Source of the DNA: Actinomycetota bacterium
GTDB taxonomy: Bacteria > Actinomycetota > UBA4738 > HRBIN12
Length of the DNA: 63,762 nucleotides
Direction of reading: 5' to 3'
NCBI GenBank assembly: GCA_044867345.1
Contig: JBIOUU010000070.1
Location: 1 to 63,762 of the forward strand
Of the stretch, positions 1-7,491 are shown piece by piece (the first letter of the stretch is position 1; every line of letters starts with the position of its first letter). Below the pieces are notes generated by a model. It was not told the DNA's origin. It made no database searches and saw nothing but the letters and a program-made list of their open reading frames with translations. The position numbers and the translations under genes are program-made.

Positions 1-187
1 CGTCGTGCGCCCCGCACATACAATCTGGGACGGCGACACGGTGTTCACGCTCGCGACGGGCCAGGTGGACGCCCCGCAGGACCTGCTGGAGCGGCTGGCG
101 GAGGAAGCCGTGGCGGAGTCGATCCGCCGTGGGGTCCTATTGGCAACGGGCGTCCCGGGGGCGCCGTCGGTGGGGGAGGCGAGATGA
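1..187 (+). CDS. C-terminal fragment of a P1/S58 (DmpA-like) peptidase family protein; the 5' end lies outside the window
   Basis: The open frame runs off the left edge. The peptide WDGDTVFTLATG resembles the conserved GDT-x-FALATG segment of DmpA-type peptidases. Its stop overlaps the next start (ATGA at 184-187). Confidence 0.45.
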   Translation, partial: VVRPAHTIWDGDTVFTLATGQVDAPQDLLERLAEEAVAESIRRGVLLATGVPGAPSVGEAR

Positions 188-780
188 GGACGCTTCAGGA
201 AGCGGCGCACGAGGCGTCGGGCTGCACGAAGTGCCGATTGTCCGGCGGCCGGACCCAGGTCGTCTATGGAACCGGGAACGCCGATGCCGACCTGATGTTC
301 ATCGGAGAGGGCCCGGGCTACTACGAGGACAAGCAGGGCGAGCCATTCGTGGGGGCCGCCGGACAGCTGCTCAACAGGATGCTGGAGGAGATCGGCGTCC
401 GGCGCGCGGACGTGCGGATCACCAATGTCATCCTCTGCCGCCCTCCCGGCAATCGCGATCCGATGCCGGACGAGGTGGAGACCTGTACCCCATGGCTCCG
501 GGAACAGATCGCGTTGGTTGATCCCCGGGTGATCGTGACGCTCGGGAACTTCGCCACCCGGTTCATGCTGGACAAGCCGGTGTCGATCAGCCGGGTTCGG
601 GGCCAGCGGTTTCCCCTCGAGGGGCGCACGGTGATCCCGACGTTCCACCCGGCGGCCATCCTTCGAGGCGGCGGCGAGGCCTCGACGCAGATGTCCGCCC
701 TCCGCTCGGACTTCCAGGAGATCAAACGGGCCCTGGCCGAGATCCCGGAGCCCGTCGAGGAACAGCTCGGCCTGTTCTGA
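184..780 (+). CDS. Uracil-DNA glycosylase, family 4
   Basis: 198 aa. It carries a CTKC cysteine motif, the motif GEGPGYYEDKQGEPFVGAAGQLL, and HPAAILR near the C-terminus, which are typical of family-4 UDGs. Confidence 0.85.
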   Translation: MRTLQEAAHEASGCTKCRLSGGRTQVVYGTGNADADLMFIGEGPGYYEDKQGEPFVGAAGQLLNRMLEEIGVRRADVRITNVILCRPPGNRDPMPDEVETCTPWLREQIALVDPRVIVTLGNFATRFMLDKPVSISRVRGQRFPLEGRTVIPTFHPAAILRGGGEASTQMSALRSDFQEIKRALAEIPEPVEEQLGLF

Positions 781-1268
781 TGCGGCTCGAGCTCACCGCC
801 GGGGCTCCTGAGGACACGATGGCGGTGGGCGATGCGGTGGCCTCGCTCCTTGGTGAGGGCGACGCCGTCGCTCTCACCGGTGAGCTCGGTGCGGGCAAGA
901 CCACGTTCGTCCGCGGCGCGGCCCGGGCCCTCGGCTTCGAGGGGGCGGTCGCCTCGCCCACCTTCACACTTGTCCGCGAGTACCAGGGGCAGGTCCGCAT
1001 CTACCACGTCGACGTGTACCGCCTGGAACGGGTGCAGGACGTCCTGGATCTCGGGCTGGACGAGATGGTGGCCGAGGGCGGTGTGCTGCTCGTCGAGTGG
1101 GGCGACGCGGTCGAGGGGTTGCTGCCCGACGACCATCTGCTCGTGGAGATCACCCTGATGGGCGCCGAGGAAGCGAGGCGGATCGTGGTCACGGGGGTGG
1201 GCCGCTCGTGGGCCAGTCGATGGGAGCGCCTGGAGCGGCTCACCGAGCCCTGGGGGAGGGCGGCGTGA
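780..1268 (+). CDS. tsaE: tRNA t6A37 threonylcarbamoyladenosine biosynthesis ATPase TsaE
   Basis: It has the Walker A motif GELGAGKTTF followed by SPTFTLVREY. Its start shares one base with the UDG stop. Confidence 0.85.
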   Translation: MRLELTAGAPEDTMAVGDAVASLLGEGDAVALTGELGAGKTTFVRGAARALGFEGAVASPTFTLVREYQGQVRIYHVDVYRLERVQDVLDLGLDEMVAEGGVLLVEWGDAVEGLLPDDHLLVEITLMGAEEARRIVVTGVGRSWASRWERLERLTEPWGRAA

Positions 1269-1972
1269 TCGTCCTCGGCATCGAGACCTCGACTTCCCAA
1301 ACCTCGGTGGCCCTCGGCACCGAGGAAGGCGTGATGGCCTCGATGCAGCTCGCGTCCAAGGCCCGGCAGGACGAAGTGGTGCCCATCCTCGAGCATCTGC
1401 TGGACTGGACGGGCGTGGATCTGTCGCACGTGGGCGGGATAGTCGTGGGCCTGGGCCCCGGCCTGTTCACCGGGCTGCGCGTGGGCGTGGAGACCGGCAA
1501 GACCCTGGCCCAGGTGCTGTCGGTGCCCATCGTGGGCATCCCCTCGCTCGACGTCCTGGCCTTCGGGGTTCGCTACACGCGCCGGCTGATCGGGGCCGTG
1601 ATCGATGCCCGCCGCGGCGAGGTCTTCCACACGCTCTACCGAGGAGTCCCGGGGGGCGTGATGCGCGTTGGGGATTACGGGGTGGCGCCGCCCGGCCACC
1701 TGGCCGCCGAGCTGGAGGCGGCCCGGGAGGAAGTGCTGCTCGTGGGCAACGGTGCCATCCTGTATCGGAAGGAGCTCGAGGAGGTGGGAGCCCGGGTAGA
1801 GTTCGCTTCGCCCGCGCAGGCCCACCCGCAGGCGTCGGCGATGGTCGAGCTGGCCGTCCCGCGCTTCATCCGGGAGGAGACCGACCGGTCGTTCGAGGTA
1901 TTGCCGCTCTACCTGAGGAAGTCGGATGCGGAGATCGCTTGGGATCAGCGAGCCCGAGGCGCCACGGCTTGA
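1265..1972 (+). CDS. tsaB: tRNA t6A37 biosynthesis protein TsaB
   Basis: The N-terminus VIVLGIETSTSQTSVALG is characteristic of TsaB. A GTG at 1265 overlaps the tsaE stop (GTGA). The longer track ORF starting at 1097 would overlap tsaE. Confidence 0.8.
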   Translation: MIVLGIETSTSQTSVALGTEEGVMASMQLASKARQDEVVPILEHLLDWTGVDLSHVGGIVVGLGPGLFTGLRVGVETGKTLAQVLSVPIVGIPSLDVLAFGVRYTRRLIGAVIDARRGEVFHTLYRGVPGGVMRVGDYGVAPPGHLAAELEAAREEVLLVGNGAILYRKELEEVGARVEFASPAQAHPQASAMVELAVPRFIREETDRSFEVLPLYLRKSDAEIAWDQRARGATA

Positions 1973-1982
1973 GGTGACCCGG

Positions 1983-2474
1983 ATGCGCCGCCGCCACCTG
2001 CGCGGCGTGATGGCCATCGAGCGCCAGGTCTACCCGCGCCCGTGGAGCCCCAACCTGTTCCTCTCGGAGATGGCCGAGACCAGGAACCGGTGCTATCTCG
2101 TGGCCCGGATCGACAAGGAGATCGTTGGGTACGGTGGCCTGATCTGCTACGGCGAGGAGGCCCACGTCACGAACATCGCCGTCGACCCGGAGCATCAGCG
2201 CAACAAGATCGGTATGCGCTTGCTCCACGACCTGATCCAGAACGCGGTCGCGGAGGGCGCGCAGGCCGTCTCCCTGGAGGTCCGGGTCTCGAACTACGGC
2301 GCGCAGCGCCTGTACGGCAAGTTCGGGTTCCGGCCCGTCGGCGTCCGCAAGAACTACTACCAGGAAGTCAACGAGGACGCCCTCGTCATGTGGGTCGACG
2401 ACGTGAACGGGGCCGAGTATCAGAAGCGACTGCGCGGGCTGGCAGAGCAGCTCCCCGACGGCCTTCGGCCGTGA
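1983..2474 (+). CDS. rimI: Ribosomal-protein-alanine N-acetyltransferase RimI (GNAT family)
   Basis: A GNAT core is present (HVTNIAVDPEHQRNKIG, YGKFGF), and the gene sits between tsaB and tsaD. The start could be ATG 1983 or GTG 1974. Confidence 0.8.
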   Translation: MRRRHLRGVMAIERQVYPRPWSPNLFLSEMAETRNRCYLVARIDKEIVGYGGLICYGEEAHVTNIAVDPEHQRNKIGMRLLHDLIQNAVAEGAQAVSLEVRVSNYGAQRLYGKFGFRPVGVRKNYYQEVNEDALVMWVDDVNGAEYQKRLRGLAEQLPDGLRP

Positions 2475-2492
2475 GCCCGCGAGCGTGAGCCC

Positions 2493-3497
2493 GTGAAGGT
2501 CCTGGGGATCGAGACCTCGTGCGACGAAACCGCGGTCGCGGTGGTTCAGGATGGCCGGATCGTCCTGGCCAACCTCGTCGCAAGCCAGACAGACCTGCAC
2601 GCCCGGTTCGGCGGGGTCGTGCCTGAGGTAGCCTCCCGGGCCCACGTGCAGGCCCTGAACCCGTTGATGGACGAAGCGCTCGAGCAGTCGGGATCCCGGT
2701 TCGCCGACCTGGGCGGCGTGGCGGTGACCGTCGGGCCCGGACTGGTCGGCGCGTTGCTCGTGGGCATCGCGGCGGCGAAGGCGGTCGCCCTTGCGACCGG
2801 GGCCGACCTGATCGGAGTGAACCACCTCGAGGGCCACATCTATGCCAACTTCATCGAGCACGGCCCGCCGGAGCCGCCGTATGTCTGCCTGGTGGTGTCG
2901 GGCGGCCACACCATGCTGGTGCACATGCCCGAGGAGCACCAGTACCGGGTCCTTGGCCAGACCGTGGACGATGCGGCCGGCGAGGCGTTCGACAAGATCG
3001 CCCGGTTCATGGGGCTCGGGTTCCCGGGTGGGCCGGCCCTGGACAGGCTGGCCAGGGAGGGCGATCCGGGCGCCATCGCATTTCCAAGGGCCATGATCGG
3101 AACGGGGGGCTACGACTTCTCGTTATCCGGGTTGAAGACCGCGGTGCTTCGTCACGTGAAGCGGGAGAGCGCTGCGGGGCGAAACGTCGAGCCTGCGGAT
3201 CTGGCAGCGTCATTCCAAGAGGCCATCGTCGACGTCCAGGTGTCCAAGACCATCGCGGCTGCCAAGGAGCATGGCGTGAAGGCCGTACTGCTCGGCGGCG
3301 GCGTGGTAGCCAACACCAGGCTCCGGGAGCGGATGGAGAAGGCTGGGGCCGAGGCCGGGATCGGCGTCCAGTTCCCGTCCCTCGAGCTGTGCACCGACAA
3401 CGCGGCCATGATTGCCGTGGCTGGGGCGTCTCGCCTGACCCGCGGCGAGCGGTCCCCGTTCGACGTTGCCGCCGATCCCGCCCTGGAGCTTGCGTGA
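2493..3497 (+). CDS. tsaD: tRNA N6-adenosine threonylcarbamoyltransferase TsaD
   Basis: It contains MKVLGIETSCDETAVAVV, the NHLEGH metal motif, and GGGVVANTRLR. Confidence 0.95.
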   Translation: MKVLGIETSCDETAVAVVQDGRIVLANLVASQTDLHARFGGVVPEVASRAHVQALNPLMDEALEQSGSRFADLGGVAVTVGPGLVGALLVGIAAAKAVALATGADLIGVNHLEGHIYANFIEHGPPEPPYVCLVVSGGHTMLVHMPEEHQYRVLGQTVDDAAGEAFDKIARFMGLGFPGGPALDRLAREGDPGAIAFPRAMIGTGGYDFSLSGLKTAVLRHVKRESAAGRNVEPADLAASFQEAIVDVQVSKTIAAAKEHGVKAVLLGGGVVANTRLRERMEKAGAEAGIGVQFPSLELCTDNAAMIAVAGASRLTRGERSPFDVAADPALELA

Positions 3498-4438
3498 GGG
3501 CGTACCTCGTCACCGGGGGCGCTGGCTTCATCGGGTCGCACCTGTCCGACCGGCTCCTGGCCGAGGGCCATCGTGTGCTGGCGGTGGACGACTTGTCCAC
3601 CGGGAAGATCGCCAACCTCACCGAGGCCCGCAGCTACGGCCCGGAGTTCACCTTCTTCAACATGGATCTGCGGTCCGACGGCCTTCTCCAGCTGTTCGAG
3701 CGGCACCAGCCCGAGATCGTGATGCACCTCGGGGCTCAGTCCGGTGTCCGCCCCTCGCTCGATGATCCGGCCTTCGATGCGAGCGTGAACATCATGGGCC
3801 TGCTGAACGTGATGGAGTGCTCGGTCAAGATCGGCGTGCGAAAGCTCGTGTACGCGGCATCGGGCGGAACCATCTACGGCGACGCCCGCCGGCTCCCGGC
3901 GAAGGAATCGTCCGCTGCGGGGTCGCGCCCCGGGACTCCTTACGGGATCAGCAAGAAGGTCGCCGTCGACTATCTGGAGTATTACAAGAAGTTCCGCGGG
4001 ATCGACTTCACCGCGCTTGCCCTGGCCAACGTGTACGGCCCTCGCCAGGATCCGTTAGGGGAAGCCGGAGTGGTCTCCATCTTCGCCTCCAAGATGCTGG
4101 CCGGCGAGACGCCCACGATCTTCGGTGACGGCAACCAGACCCGAGACTACGTGTTCATCGATGACGCCGTGCATGCCCTCGCGCTCGCCGCCGATCGGGG
4201 GAGCGGGCGTCTCGTCAACGTCGGGACGGGGCTCGAGACCTCCGTGAACGGGCTGTACCGGATGCTCGCCGAGATCATCGGGTTCGCCGGCCAGCCGGCG
4301 AGCGGCCCGGTGCCGCCAGGCGAGGTACACCGGATCGCGCTCGACGTGGCGCTCGCCTCGGAGGTCCTGGGATGGCACCCCTGGACTCACTTGATCGACG
4401 GCTTGTCAGAGACCGTTGCCTACTTGAAGGGTGTCTGA
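3494..4438 (+). CDS. NAD-dependent epimerase/dehydratase (SDR, UDP-sugar 4-epimerase-like)
   Basis: It has the Rossmann motif VTGGAGFIGSHL and the catalytic YGISK (YxxxK). A GTG at 3494 overlaps the tsaD stop (GTGA). Confidence 0.85.
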   Translation: MRAYLVTGGAGFIGSHLSDRLLAEGHRVLAVDDLSTGKIANLTEARSYGPEFTFFNMDLRSDGLLQLFERHQPEIVMHLGAQSGVRPSLDDPAFDASVNIMGLLNVMECSVKIGVRKLVYAASGGTIYGDARRLPAKESSAAGSRPGTPYGISKKVAVDYLEYYKKFRGIDFTALALANVYGPRQDPLGEAGVVSIFASKMLAGETPTIFGDGNQTRDYVFIDDAVHALALAADRGSGRLVNVGTGLETSVNGLYRMLAEIIGFAGQPASGPVPPGEVHRIALDVALASEVLGWHPWTHLIDGLSETVAYLKGV

Positions 4439-4899
4439 GGCTCGGGCGTGAACTGGAGTGCAGCCCGGATACGCTGGACGAATTCCATGGGCCTCTGTCC
4501 GCTGATGGTGGCGAGAACCTCCAGATCGCCGGAGCGGAGCGAGATCGCGCTCGTCCCCTGCTCGCCGCGAAGCTCCGCGACATCCCTGGCGAACCCGGCG
4601 AGAAGCTCGCTTTCCTTGCCCGGGAGGGCGTCGACGCGCGTGAGGTCGATCACGATCGGTGGGATCCCCCTTGCCGCCCTCAGGGCGTGGGCCAGGAGGC
4701 GGGCCGGGGAGACATCGTAGAACGCGGCCAGTTCGCAGAACCGCTCGAGTGAGATGTTCCGCTCGCCGCGTTCATACCCTGCTACCGAGGTGGCCTTGAA
4801 CAGGCCAGCCGATCGTTGCGTGAGCTCTCGCAACGTCAACCCACGTGCGCGACGAGCCCGGCGAAGGGCCCGGCCAATCTCAAGGGCAAGACGTTCCAT
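4420..4899 (-). CDS. XRE-family helix-turn-helix transcriptional regulator
   Basis: The N-terminal HTH LTLRELTQRSAGLFKATSVAGYERGERNISLERFCELAAFYDV is followed by a roughly 90-aa C-terminal domain of unknown function. It converges with the epimerase, with a 19-nt overlap. Confidence 0.7.
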   Translation of the reverse strand: MERLALEIGRALRRARRARGLTLRELTQRSAGLFKATSVAGYERGERNISLERFCELAAFYDVSPARLLAHALRAARGIPPIVIDLTRVDALPGKESELLAGFARDVAELRGEQGTSAISLRSGDLEVLATISGQRPMEFVQRIRAALQFTPEPQTPFK

Positions 4900-5208
4900 C
4901 GCTCGATTCCCTAGCGCCGCATTCGATCGCCGGCGGGGAAGCCCACGTAGTCTAGGGCCTGGAGGGCATGCCTTCCAGCGCTGGTCTCCCTCGCGACATC
5001 GTAACTTTCCTACGCTGGCCGGTCGATTGCCCCAGGCGGCAAGGGTGTTGACCTCCCGGAAACCCCCAGGTCATTGCCGGCCAACAGAAAAAGGATGACA
5101 AGAACACGCTCCGGGTCCACCAGCCTTGCGAAGGACGCGCTGTGCGTTCTAAACTCCTTACGGCGTTGACAGTACGTGCAACGGACTACGCCCGGGGGAG
5201 CTACGTTG

Positions 5209-6780
5209 ATGGGAGTAGCGGACCGCGAGGTCTTGCAGGGTCTTTGCCATGCGTTCGCATCAGCCCCCAGCTTCGACGAGCTCGTCACTTCGACCGCCCG
5301 CTGGGCCCGGTCGGTGACCGGCTGCGACCCTACGCATGTGAGTTTCGCCCTACCCGACGCCGCTGGACGCCTTCGCGTTGCCTGGAAGGACGGGGCCGGC
5401 GTGAGTGGGGGCAGGAAGCGCTCGGTCCGCCGTCGCGCGGCCTTTCGAACCAAGCAGGCTGTTCGGGTAGAAGCTGGAGAGGACGCCGCTCTGGCGCTCT
5501 TCCCCCTCGTCAGTCGAGGAACGCCGTTCGGTGTGCTGGAGATCATGGCTCCCCGGGGAGCCATCAACGACGGATGGGAGCTCCTCGAGGCTGTGGCCAG
5601 CCAGGCCGCCATCACACTTCACCACCTGAACGAGCAGCGCAGCCTGAGACGCCAGGTCGAGACGCTGGAGCGGGCGACGGCGCTCGGGCGGGATCTCGTG
5701 CGAGCCCACGATCCAGAGGAAGCAGCCCGGCTGGCAGTCCGATTCGTGGCCGAACGGTTCGAGCTCCCGGTTGCGGGTTGGGTCGCGACACCGAATTCGC
5801 AGCGCATGGTGCTCACGTCTGTACGAGGTCTGGGATCGCGCAAGCGCAAGCAGTTGAAGGCCGTCATGGGGGCATTCCCCAGGTGGAGCTCGTTGCCGTC
5901 CTCGCAACAGGATGCACTGGTTCGCCGGTTCCGAGAGGTGCTCGGTGGGTCGACGGCCGGCATCGTCGAGGCGGGTGACACCGTACTTCTTGTGGCGCAT
6001 GCACCGGCCTCGCTCCATCAGACATTCGACGTCCTGGGGTCGTTGCTCGCGGCGGTCCTCTTGCAACTCGCTATCACGGCCAAGGCTGAGCGGCGCAACG
6101 AACAGCTCGACATGGGGATCGCGTGGACCGCTCACGAGCTTCGAGCGCCGCTGATCGACGTGAAGGCGGTCCTCGAGTTCCTGTTGGCGGAGGATGCTGG
6201 GAGCCCGATCGGCGTCGCGATGTTGCGACGATCACTCCTCGAGCTCGAAGAGCTCGTTGGGACGACAGAGGGACTCTTGGGGTGGGCAGTGGGGGCCCGC
6301 CCGCTCCAGCGCCGCATGGCGGACGTCATTCAGGTCGTTTCCCAGGCGATCCACGCGTGCGAACTGGGTTGGGGCGAAGGGCGTCTGCGCCTATCCGGAC
6401 CGACACGGGCGATGGCCCGCATCGACCCGGTTCAGGTGCGGCGTGCGATCGAGAACATCCTTCGCAACGCGTTGGCTTGCTCGGATCGGGACTCAGAGGT
6501 CGGGGTGTCGGTGGATGAGGCAGACGACGTGATCACCGTGAGCGTGCGGGACCAGGGCCCAGGCATCCCGGAGGCGGAGCGGGACGGGATCTTCGATCCT
6601 TTCGTACGCGGATCGGCGGTTCCTTCTCGGTCAAGGGTCGGCGGGTTGGGCTTGTTCATCGCTCGGCGAGTGCTCGAAGCCCACGGAGGGAGGATATGGG
6701 TCGATTCGGATCCAATGCGGACGACGTTTCATCTCCAAGTGCCGATCGAGCTGGCGAAGGCTCGGCGCTCCGCGTCCTGA
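5209..6780 (+). CDS. Cytoplasmic sensor histidine kinase with N-terminal GAF-like domains
   Basis: No TM segments are apparent. It has the H-box AWTAHELRAPL and HATPase motifs (NILRNAL; DQGPGIP; GGLGLFIARR). An ATG at 5209 is preceded by GGGGGAG; the track ORF starts at GTG 5176. Confidence 0.8.
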   Translation: MGVADREVLQGLCHAFASAPSFDELVTSTARWARSVTGCDPTHVSFALPDAAGRLRVAWKDGAGVSGGRKRSVRRRAAFRTKQAVRVEAGEDAALALFPLVSRGTPFGVLEIMAPRGAINDGWELLEAVASQAAITLHHLNEQRSLRRQVETLERATALGRDLVRAHDPEEAARLAVRFVAERFELPVAGWVATPNSQRMVLTSVRGLGSRKRKQLKAVMGAFPRWSSLPSSQQDALVRRFREVLGGSTAGIVEAGDTVLLVAHAPASLHQTFDVLGSLLAAVLLQLAITAKAERRNEQLDMGIAWTAHELRAPLIDVKAVLEFLLAEDAGSPIGVAMLRRSLLELEELVGTTEGLLGWAVGARPLQRRMADVIQVVSQAIHACELGWGEGRLRLSGPTRAMARIDPVQVRRAIENILRNALACSDRDSEVGVSVDEADDVITVSVRDQGPGIPEAERDGIFDPFVRGSAVPSRSRVGGLGLFIARRVLEAHGGRIWVDSDPMRTTFHLQVPIELAKARRSAS

Positions 6781-7472
6781 TCATCGATGATCACACGCTG
6801 TTCTCCGAGGTTCTCAAGCGGGCGTTGGAGGGCCAGGGGATCGACGTTGTCGGCCTGGCAGTAACCGGCAAGGAAGGGATCAACGCCGTCCGGCACAGCT
6901 GCCCAGAGGTCGCCTTCGTCGACCTGGGGCTGCCTGACCTGAGTGGGCTCGCGGTGGGTCAGGCCATTCTGGAGAGCTGTCCGGAGATCAAGGTGGTGGC
7001 CCTCACCGCCATAGAAGACTCGCGGACGGTCAAGGAAGCACTTCGCGTGGGCTTTCATGGGTACGTCACCAAGGACATTCCCGTTCAGCGATTGATCCAG
7101 GCCCTCGATTCCGTCTTGGGCGGGCACGTCGTCGTCCCGCAGAGATTGGCGTCTGAAGCGGCGGAAGCGCGAAATCCGGAGGACGAGGCGGTGGAACTCC
7201 TGGCGAAGCAGCTTACCCCTCGGGAGAGGGAAGTCCTTGTCCTCCTGGTCGAGGGAGCGAGTGGACAGATGATCGCACGCCGTCTGAGGATCAGTCCCAA
7301 CACCGTCCGAACGCACGTCCAAAGCATCCTGATGAAGCTTCAGGTGCATTCGCGCTTGCAAGCGGCGACCTTCGCCGTGCGACACCGGTTGGTTGCTGTT
7401 CCTGGGGAGATCCCTGCCCTCACGCCCAGCCACGCCGGCCAAGAGGTTGTGCTCAAGAAGGCTCTTGCCTGA
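6696..7472 (+). CDS. NarL/LuxR-family response regulator
   Basis: The receiver domain has VLIIDDH and the acceptor context AFVDLGLPDLSG. A C-terminal LuxR HTH is present (LTPREREVLVLLVEGASGQMIARRLRISPNTVRTHV). The start is uncertain because the ORF overlaps the kinase 3' end by 85 nt. Confidence 0.85.
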   Translation: MGRFGSNADDVSSPSADRAGEGSALRVLIIDDHTLFSEVLKRALEGQGIDVVGLAVTGKEGINAVRHSCPEVAFVDLGLPDLSGLAVGQAILESCPEIKVVALTAIEDSRTVKEALRVGFHGYVTKDIPVQRLIQALDSVLGGHVVVPQRLASEAAEARNPEDEAVELLAKQLTPREREVLVLLVEGASGQMIARRLRISPNTVRTHVQSILMKLQVHSRLQAATFAVRHRLVAVPGEIPALTPSHAGQEVVLKKALA

Positions 7473-7491
7473 GGTTGGTTCGGCGCCTCTC

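Noticed and set aside
4900-5208. Small ORFs (24-27 codons) and TTGACA/TTGACC hexamers occur in the XRE/kinase divergent spacer.
   Set aside because: The small ORFs lack ribosome-binding sites and codon bias. The -35-like hexamers lack convincing -10 partners at 16-18 nt, so no promoter or peptide call is justified.
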